Source of the DNA: an uncultured Verrucomicrobiales bacterium
GTDB taxonomy: Bacteria > Verrucomicrobiota > Verrucomicrobiia > Limisphaerales > UBA1100
DNA: 63,138 nt
Direction of reading: 5' to 3'
Assembly (NCBI GenBank): GCA_964013675.1
Contig: CAXGXE010000002.1
Coordinates: 1 to 63,138 of the forward strand
The translations under genes were made by a program, and so were the position numbers. The notes beneath the pieces are model-generated. The model saw only the letters and a program-made list of their open reading frames with translations, ran no database searches and was not told where the DNA came from. This document shows, in pieces, positions 7,609-14,291 of this stretch; within the stretch, counting starts at the first letter, position 1, and each line of letters opens with the position of its first letter.

Positions 7609-10600
7609 ATGAAACAGGGTGGATTCATCATCTTTGCGGGGCTTGTACTCTCGTTATTCAAGGTATCAGCGCAACCGGCGCCGCCATTGATTCCGGAGCC
7701 AACGGCTGATGCGATAGCGCGGGCAATTGAGGCCGAGCGTCAGCGGCGGGCGGCGGAGCTGAATAATCCGATCACCCAGATTGGCATCCAGCGCGCGCAA
7801 CAAATCCAAGTTGCGCTGCAGGATGTGAATCTCAAATCGCAGGAGTATCGGATCACCATTGAGAATGTTCTCGAAGCGGTGCAAAAGGCGAATTCGCCGC
7901 AGGATGCGGGAAATTTTTACCTGCAAATCATCAGCACCGGCTACGCGTTTCGTGCTTATACCGAGCAGAAACTGGCCGGGCTATTGGATGATCCCCAGAA
8001 TGAGCAACGTATTCAGGCGTTGGCGTTGCTGGACGATCTGCTGAACCCGGTGCGGACGGCATTCGTCAACAACCGGATCGCTCTTGCTGAGGCTGCGCAG
8101 CAACGGCGTGAGTACGATGAAGCAAAGCAGCTGATTGACGAATCCCTGTTGGTTTTACCGCAAAATCAGGCCTTACTCACTTTTCGCCGCGCCAATGAAC
8201 AGGCCGAAGCTCGCTTTCGCAACGCCTCGCCCGGCACGGATGTGGCCGCGCGTTTGCAGGAGCTGAAGAAGCGACAGGGCGAGGTGACTTCCCTGTTGCG
8301 CGATGGAAAATTCCTCTGGGAAGCGCGCGATTATGATCAGGCGGAGGATAAATTTAACCGGGTCATCAAACTCGATCCCCGCAACGACGTGGCCTACAAC
8401 TATCTGCGATTGATCAATCGCGTGCGCAATGATGACGCGGTGATGGCGCGCGAAGTGAATTTCCGGAACATGGTGCAGGAGGTGAACGAAAAATGGCGTC
8501 CGCCCGCGCACCAGGAGAGTCTGCCTGTACCGAACCCGGAATGGATGATGCGCACGCGCGGTTCTGCCGGGGCTCCCAGTGGAGCCGGTGGGTTGAGCGC
8601 CAATACCGGCGTGATACAAAAGCTGCAGACTATTCGCATCCCTGAGGTAATGCCGCTGCATGGCTTCACGCTCAACGAGGTGGTGACGCTACTGGACGAA
8701 CAAGCCAAGCTGCATGATCCCAGCAACGTGCCCAACGACCAGAAGGGCGTGAACATCATGATTGCCACGCAGATGCCCAAAAAACAGGTCTCAGTGAATG
8801 TCGGCGGCGTGGGCAACATGGGGTTCGTGGGGTCCAACTTGCCGGCTCCGAGTGTGAACTGGGAAACAGGCATGCCGATCCGCCAAAAGATGGCGGCCAA
8901 TGGCACGATGTCCACCCAGTTTGGCAAAGGCGGCGGAAATCCCAGCAATGGAGGCGCTAGAGAATCCACCGAGCCGGTCATTAATGGCCACCTTGACCCT
9001 GCCCGCATCCGTATCCAGGGCCTCACCGCTCCGTTGCGCGGACTCACGTTGCAGCAACTCATGGATAATGTGGCCGAAGCCTGCGATTACCCGATTCGCA
9101 CGGTGGTGCGCAACGGCGTGGTGCGTTTCGAATATAAGCCGGCGGACAGCGATTTTGTGCAGCGCAAATTTACCATTCGGCCGACCACCTTTTGGCAGCG
9201 GTTGGTTTCGAAAAACGCCCAAGTGGCAGGGAATACCTCCACGCCTCCGGCTGATTGGTATGGCAAACAAGTTAAGGGAGCTAATGGCGGCAGCGGCGGT
9301 TCAGTCGGCAGCGGCAGTGGTGGTGGTGGCGGTGGACCCGGTCCGGGTGGTGGTGGCCTTCCCGGCGGTGGTGGCGTGATCAACAACACGCAGGCGGCCC
9401 AGCAGATTTTGACCTACCTTCAAAGCCAAGGCATCAATGCCGCGCAGGTTTTTTTCAATCCCAGCAATGGGCAGTTGCTGGTGCGTGCGCCGTTGGCGGA
9501 TTTGGATCTCATCGAGCAGGCGATTGAGATTCTTAACACTTCGCCCGAGCAGCTCTATATCGAGGCTAAGTTTGCTGAGATTGAGTTCAACGATGGCGAA
9601 TCGCTCGGCTTTGACTGGTACCTCGGTAAATCCACCCTTCTGGGTGATAAGATCATCAGCGGTGCTGGGCCGCATCCTACCTTTATTGGTGAGCCTTCAA
9701 ATAACAATCCCAGTGGCTATTTTCCATATCCGGGCACGTTGCAGGGTAATCAGTTTGTACCGAGCCAATACAGCATTATGCCGAGCCCGAATGAAGGCCG
9801 ATTGACCTCGTCCTTCAAGGGCTATGGCAATCCGCTTTGGACATTCACTGGTATCATGACCGATCCGCAATTCCGTATGGTGCTGAATGCCATAAGCCAG
9901 CAGGAGGGGGCGGAATTGTTATCGGCACCGCGCATTTTGGCCATCAGCGGCCAGCAGCAAACCATTTCGGTGCAGGATCAGCGTAATATTGTAACGGGCG
10001 TGGTGCCGACCTTTACGCCGGGCGCGGGTGGCGGCGGCTTTGGCGGCGCGGGCGGCGCGGGCGGTGGTACCGTGGCGCCCATGATGTCACCAATGCAAAT
10101 GGGACCAGAACTCGATGTGTTACCCTATGTGAATTCCGATGGATTTACGATTGAAATGTCGTTGGCTCCAAATATAACGGAATTTTTGGGGTATGAAGAA
10201 TCCACTTTTGAAGCGGCGGTGTTTGCCGCCGGCGGCAACGTGGTGCGCTCGGCCGTGCCGATGCCCCGTATCCGTACCCGCTCGCTGAATGTGAGCTGTG
10301 TGGTTTGGGATCAAACGGTCCTCGCACTTGGTGGTCTCATTTCAGAAAACGTCCAAACCACCCGGGACAAAGTGCCCTTTCTGGGAGATGCGCCTTTTAT
10401 TGGGCGATTGTTCCGAGGCAAAGGTCGCAACAGCAAAAAGAAGAACATGGTGATTTATGTGAAGCCGACGATTATCGATCCGGCCGGCCAGCCCAAAAAC
10501 CGCCCGGCCCAGTTGCCCTTCTCGCGGACCGCCTCGCCTGATCCCATGGGGATTATCAATCCGGTGGATCCCGCCTTAATGAACAACAGCGGGCTCAATA

Positions 10601-10722
10601 ATGGCGGTGGGGTTCCCGGTGGAGAAGGAATACCGCCGGCGGCTCCTCCGGCAGGTGGTGGGTTGAACAAATATCAAGGCCGTGTCTGGAATGCGACTTC
10701 CGGCGGTTCTTTCCGCCGATAA
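7609..10722 (+). CDS. pilQ: Secretin (PilQ/GspD family) with a long TPR-like N-terminal region and poly-Gly inserts
   Basis: Signal peptide MKQGGFIIFAGLVLSLFKVSAQ. Secretin core LSAPRILAISGQQQTISVQD...DKVPFLGDAPFIGRLFRGKGRNSKKKNMVIYVKPTIIDP. Gly runs GGSGGSVGSGSGGGGGGPGPGGGGLPGGGG and GAGGGGFGGAGGAGGG. Confidence 0.85.
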   Translation: MKQGGFIIFAGLVLSLFKVSAQPAPPLIPEPTADAIARAIEAERQRRAAELNNPITQIGIQRAQQIQVALQDVNLKSQEYRITIENVLEAVQKANSPQDAGNFYLQIISTGYAFRAYTEQKLAGLLDDPQNEQRIQALALLDDLLNPVRTAFVNNRIALAEAAQQRREYDEAKQLIDESLLVLPQNQALLTFRRANEQAEARFRNASPGTDVAARLQELKKRQGEVTSLLRDGKFLWEARDYDQAEDKFNRVIKLDPRNDVAYNYLRLINRVRNDDAVMAREVNFRNMVQEVNEKWRPPAHQESLPVPNPEWMMRTRGSAGAPSGAGGLSANTGVIQKLQTIRIPEVMPLHGFTLNEVVTLLDEQAKLHDPSNVPNDQKGVNIMIATQMPKKQVSVNVGGVGNMGFVGSNLPAPSVNWETGMPIRQKMAANGTMSTQFGKGGGNPSNGGARESTEPVINGHLDPARIRIQGLTAPLRGLTLQQLMDNVAEACDYPIRTVVRNGVVRFEYKPADSDFVQRKFTIRPTTFWQRLVSKNAQVAGNTSTPPADWYGKQVKGANGGSGGSVGSGSGGGGGGPGPGGGGLPGGGGVINNTQAAQQILTYLQSQGINAAQVFFNPSNGQLLVRAPLADLDLIEQAIEILNTSPEQLYIEAKFAEIEFNDGESLGFDWYLGKSTLLGDKIISGAGPHPTFIGEPSNNNPSGYFPYPGTLQGNQFVPSQYSIMPSPNEGRLTSSFKGYGNPLWTFTGIMTDPQFRMVLNAISQQEGAELLSAPRILAISGQQQTISVQDQRNIVTGVVPTFTPGAGGGGFGGAGGAGGGTVAPMMSPMQMGPELDVLPYVNSDGFTIEMSLAPNITEFLGYEESTFEAAVFAAGGNVVRSAVPMPRIRTRSLNVSCVVWDQTVLALGGLISENVQTTRDKVPFLGDAPFIGRLFRGKGRNSKKKNMVIYVKPTIIDPAGQPKNRPAQLPFSRTASPDPMGIINPVDPALMNNSGLNNGGGVPGGEGIPPAAPPAGGGLNKYQGRVWNATSGGSFRR

Positions 10723-10728
10723 CCGGCT

Positions 10729-11607
10729 GTGAGCAAACCGGATTCACCGCGGTTATTGATTGTCGATGGGCATCACTATGCCTATCGCGCCTTTTATGCC
10801 ATCCGTTCCATGAACGCGCCCGATGGCTCTCCCACCAACGCTATTTTTGGGTTTCTCAATTCCATCGACCGCATGCGCGAACGCGTGCAGCCCACGCACA
10901 TGGCCGTAATCTGGGATGGCGGTCTTGATGAAGAACGCACCGAGGCGCTCGAGGAATACAAGGCCGAACGTGATCCCATGCCCGATGATCTCGAACTGCA
11001 GCTCGACGCTATTGTGGATTGGTTGACAGCCTCGGGGTTTTATACGTGGTGTGAGGACGGAGTCGAAGCGGATGATGTCATCGGCACACTTGCTTGGCAG
11101 GCGGAAGCCGAAGGCCATAAGGTGGTGGTAGCCAGTGCGGATAAGGATTTTTTCCAACTGATCAATCCCAACATTTTCCTGCTTAATCCCAATGATAAAT
11201 CGGAAACCCTTTGGCAGGATGAACAGGTCATTGCCAAAACCGGCGTGCCACCTGCACAGATCATTGATTGGTTGAGCCTGGTCGGGGATGCGGTCGATGG
11301 CATTCCCGGCGTCCCCGGCGTGGGCCCCAAGACTGCTGCCAAGTTGCTCACAGAACATCAGACGATCGAGCAACTATACGCGAACTTAGATCAAATTTCT
11401 TCAGACAAGCTGCGTGGTAAATTGACTGAAGCTGCGGAAGACGTCCGCCGTAATCAGGACCTCGTAGCCCTGAAAACTATGGCTCAATGGAATGTGCCCC
11501 TCGATGAACTGGTTCCCAGCCAGCGTAATGAGGAAGCACTCCGCGAATATTATCAGCGCTGGAATTTCCGTTCCCGCCTCGCCGCTCTGGACGAGTTTCC
11601 CTTCTAG
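10729..11607 (+). CDS. Stand-alone 5'-3' exonuclease / flap endonuclease (Pol I N-terminal-domain family)
   Basis: LLIVDGHHYAYRAFYA, VIWDGG...R, EADDVIGTLA, VVVASADKDFFQL and LVGDAVDGIPGVPGVGPKTAAKLL (H3TH) are the classic 5'-nuclease motifs. GTG start 6 nt after the pilQ stop. Confidence 0.85.
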   Translation: MSKPDSPRLLIVDGHHYAYRAFYAIRSMNAPDGSPTNAIFGFLNSIDRMRERVQPTHMAVIWDGGLDEERTEALEEYKAERDPMPDDLELQLDAIVDWLTASGFYTWCEDGVEADDVIGTLAWQAEAEGHKVVVASADKDFFQLINPNIFLLNPNDKSETLWQDEQVIAKTGVPPAQIIDWLSLVGDAVDGIPGVPGVGPKTAAKLLTEHQTIEQLYANLDQISSDKLRGKLTEAAEDVRRNQDLVALKTMAQWNVPLDELVPSQRNEEALREYYQRWNFRSRLAALDEFPF

Positions 11608-11634
11608 ACAAGCTTCACAGGCCTGAGAATGTTG

Positions 11635-11677
11635 TTGACATTTTTAAGATAATTGTGAATAAGCATCTCCAAGGAGG
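11635..11677 (+). promoter_or_regulatory. Candidate sigma70-type promoter (TGTTGACA, -10 AATAAG at 17-bp spacing) followed by the leader element CTCCAAGGAGG (11667-11677)
   Basis: The same TGTTGACA-N(24-26)-CTCCAAGGAGG arrangement recurs at 18349-18391, upstream of the second A/B operon. Confidence 0.5.
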
Positions 11678-11826
11678 CGCTCCAGTTGGAGCCACACCAC
11701 CAAAAGGGGAAACCAGTGGGGGTGAATCACATCAATCAACAGAGGAGTATTGTGCCGTTTCGCGGTGGGCCAGTTATTGGCCGGGCGCGTACGTCATTGC
11801 GTTATTTCAAGGGAAAGGCTCAAGCC

Positions 11827-13992
11827 ATGAAGACCATTCGTAGAGCGATTATCATTTGCGTTTTGTTTACCATGTCTCTCCCCGGCGGAGTGATCCCTGA
11901 AGGAGGAGAGCATGGGATGGTCGTTGGGAGCGGGGGTCACCAGAGTGGTCCGAGTGTGGTGTTATGGTCCGGAGGGGGTTTGGTAGCGTGGGAGAACAGT
12001 AGTTCAACGGGCACCAAGCGGATTGCTGTACAAGCCTTGAACGGCCAGGGGCGGGGCACGGGCACCGTCCAGATCATCAGCCAGAACGTGGACCGAGTCA
12101 ACGACACCGACCCGACGATCGCGCAGGTGGATGAGAGCACCGCGGTGGTTGTCTGGAGCTCAGGTCGCCGAGGGAATAGTGATGTGTATTTGGCCCTGGT
12201 GGCGCGCAACGGCGCGCGCCTAGGCGAGATCCAGCAGGTCAACCAGCAAACGAGCCGGAACCAGGGCGAACCCGCAGTGAGCGTCTCGGCCGATGGCACG
12301 ATCATGGTGGTCTGGGAAAGCGATCAACAGGATGGAGACGGCAGCGGAGTCTACGGCCGCATCTACAACAGCGCGGGCGTCTCGCAGGGAGGGGAACTAC
12401 CCCTGAACCAAACCACAGCGGGCAACCAAAGCCAGCCGGCAGTGGAAGGGCTGGATGAGAACCGGTTCCTGGTGAGCTGGGTCAGCGGCGTCATCGCCGG
12501 ACGCAACTCGGTGGGCGGCCTGAAGCTGCGCAGCCAGGTCAAAGGCCGGTTCTACCGGGGTGGCAGTGCTCAACGCAACGAGTTTGCCATCAGCGGCAAC
12601 GGCGTGATTGTGCAATCTCCTTCCACCCACCTGAGCACCGATGGCCGTCTGCACGCGGGTTGGATGCAACGCACCGAGATCAACAGTCAGGACAAGTTCG
12701 ATATCTGGGGAGTTACTCTCGACCCGGCCAGCGGTGTGCCCGCCGGGAACCCGGCCAAAATCAACCAATACAGCAGCGGCGAACAGCTACATCCGCAGAT
12801 TGTGAGCCAAGGCGGGGAAGTCGTGTACGTCTGGGAGTCCGTGGGGCAGGACCTAGGCGGCCACGGCATCGTGGGCCGCAGCTACCCCAACGGCGAGGAG
12901 TTTGTGATCAACAGCCAACGCAATCTGGACCAATACGACCCGGCCATCGCCGCAGACAACCAGGGCCGAGTGATCGTCACCTGGGCCAATACCATTAGCG
13001 CCACTAGCTCCATTCTCTCCGCCCAACACTTTCGCATCGGAACAGGCAACGTATCTCCCACCGTGGCCAGCGCCACACCCTCTCTGCAACCCGTTCCCAG
13101 CACCCCGGCCGCTCCCAACATCGTGCCGCCGGCCCAAACCCCGGCCCCCACCGCTGTGGTGGCCAGCAACAGCGGCAGCAGCCACAGCACCCCGGCCATC
13201 ACGCCCACCGTGGCAGCCCCGGCCTTTCCGGAACCCCCAACAGCCAGTGCTGCCTCCAGAGCCGTTGCCGCCCAAGCCAGTATCCGCAGTGGAACCACTA
13301 CGCCGGGTATAGCCGCCACCGCTCCGAGCCAGCCCACAGCGGCCACCTTCGGCATTAACCGCTTTCCCACCCGCTCCAGCCTGCGTTCAGGCTTAACCAC
13401 TCCCGGTCAGGCCGCCAGCAGTGCCTTGCAGCAAATGGCCACCCAACGCCAGCAACTTCGCAGTGGCAGTTCTTCTGCCTTTGGGAACCGTATCCGCAGT
13501 GGCAGCTACGGCAGCGGCCAAAGCACTGCTTCCCTCAGCCGGGCGGCGATGATGAACCCAGCCCTGCGAAGTACCGCGGCCAACACCTTCCAACGGCCCA
13601 CCGTACGGAGTGGTGCCTACCCGGGCACCAGCACCTTTGCCGCCCGCAACAGCAGCGGGGTTGGAGCAGTCCGCTCCCTGACCAGCCGTCCGGGCACCCC
13701 GTCGAGTATCCGCAGTGGCACCGCCCAAAACCGCTTTGAACTGATGCGCCAACAGGCCCAAAACGCGAGCAGCCAACTGACCCAGACCCGACAGGTGCCG
13801 GCCAGCCTGCAGCTGCAGGGAGCCCAGATGAACCTCCAGTGGCAGGGCCGCAGCGGTACCCGCTATCAGGTGCAGGGCTCCAACGATCGGGTGAGCTGGC
13901 AAAACCACGGGGGCATCCGCAGCGGCACCGAGACCAGCAGTGCCGCTGTGGACCGTAGCTACCGCTACTACCGCGTCGTCGAACGTAACTAA
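11827..13992 (+). CDS. A-type secreted protein A1: 7-blade propeller-like repeat domain, S/T/A/P-rich linker with periodic h-R-S-G motif, about 65-aa C-terminal module. No family name known to me.
   Basis: Signal peptide MKTIRRAIIICVLFTMSLPGG. Seven roughly 50-aa repeats end in ...VVW.S..QDG.G.GVYGR.Y-type strands (VVVWSSG, MVVWESDQQDGDGSGVYGRIY, LVSWVSG, VYVWESVGQDLGGHGIVGRSY, IVTWANT). The mature part is identical to A2. The ORF also stays open upstream to a TTG at 11686. Confidence 0.85.
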   Translation: MKTIRRAIIICVLFTMSLPGGVIPEGGEHGMVVGSGGHQSGPSVVLWSGGGLVAWENSSSTGTKRIAVQALNGQGRGTGTVQIISQNVDRVNDTDPTIAQVDESTAVVVWSSGRRGNSDVYLALVARNGARLGEIQQVNQQTSRNQGEPAVSVSADGTIMVVWESDQQDGDGSGVYGRIYNSAGVSQGGELPLNQTTAGNQSQPAVEGLDENRFLVSWVSGVIAGRNSVGGLKLRSQVKGRFYRGGSAQRNEFAISGNGVIVQSPSTHLSTDGRLHAGWMQRTEINSQDKFDIWGVTLDPASGVPAGNPAKINQYSSGEQLHPQIVSQGGEVVYVWESVGQDLGGHGIVGRSYPNGEEFVINSQRNLDQYDPAIAADNQGRVIVTWANTISATSSILSAQHFRIGTGNVSPTVASATPSLQPVPSTPAAPNIVPPAQTPAPTAVVASNSGSSHSTPAITPTVAAPAFPEPPTASAASRAVAAQASIRSGTTTPGIAATAPSQPTAATFGINRFPTRSSLRSGLTTPGQAASSALQQMATQRQQLRSGSSSAFGNRIRSGSYGSGQSTASLSRAAMMNPALRSTAANTFQRPTVRSGAYPGTSTFAARNSSGVGAVRSLTSRPGTPSSIRSGTAQNRFELMRQQAQNASSQLTQTRQVPASLQLQGAQMNLQWQGRSGTRYQVQGSNDRVSWQNHGGIRSGTETSSAAVDRSYRYYRVVERN

Positions 13993-14291
13993 CTCTCTAA
14001 CCACCAAGCATGATGAAAAAAATCCTTATCGCCCTCGCAGGCATCCTGGCTGCTAACGCCAATGCCTTCGTCCTCGTCGGGCCAACCGATGCGGGTTTAG
14101 TCGAAAATACATTGGCCTGGGGTGCGCCAAACCAAACTGTGATCAGTGCCAACCTGGTTGATGACATGGGGACCCCAAAACGGATTGACGAGTTTTACCG
14201 CTGGAATTGCCCGAGCCTCACCTACGGGTTTGATGCGTCCTTTGTTCAGTTTTTTGGAGAGCAGGGGATCGCGGCAGTGAACGATGCGATG
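11877..14291 (+). repeat. Copy 1 of a 2415-bp perfect direct repeat (partner 20759-23173, offset 8882 bp)
   Basis: I aligned the boundaries by hand. There is a mismatch at 11876/20758 and at 14292/23174. Lines at 12001, 13501 and 14101 match exactly. All six-frame ORFs inside are duplicated with identical translations. Confidence 0.9.

Noticed and set aside
11686-11826. A TTG start 8 nt after the AAGGAGG element would add 47 residues (MEPHHQKGKPVGVNHINQQRS...) in front of the A1 signal peptide.
   Set aside because: The extension has no counterpart in A2 or Adiv. The equivalent SD-like element in the second operon has no start codon after it. A signal peptide buried 47 residues in would not function. 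I keep it as an alternative start only.
12882-14007. Long antisense ORFs (140-204 aa) opposite the A genes, duplicated at 21764-22889. Similar ones lie opposite Adiv, murJ, pilQ, dus and the SNF2 gene.
   Set aside because: These are typical shadow ORFs of GC-rich coding sequence. Their products are Ala/Gly/Arg/Pro-rich and carry no motifs, and they overlap sense-strand genes with strong protein signatures entirely. They are duplicated only because they lie inside the 2415-bp repeat.
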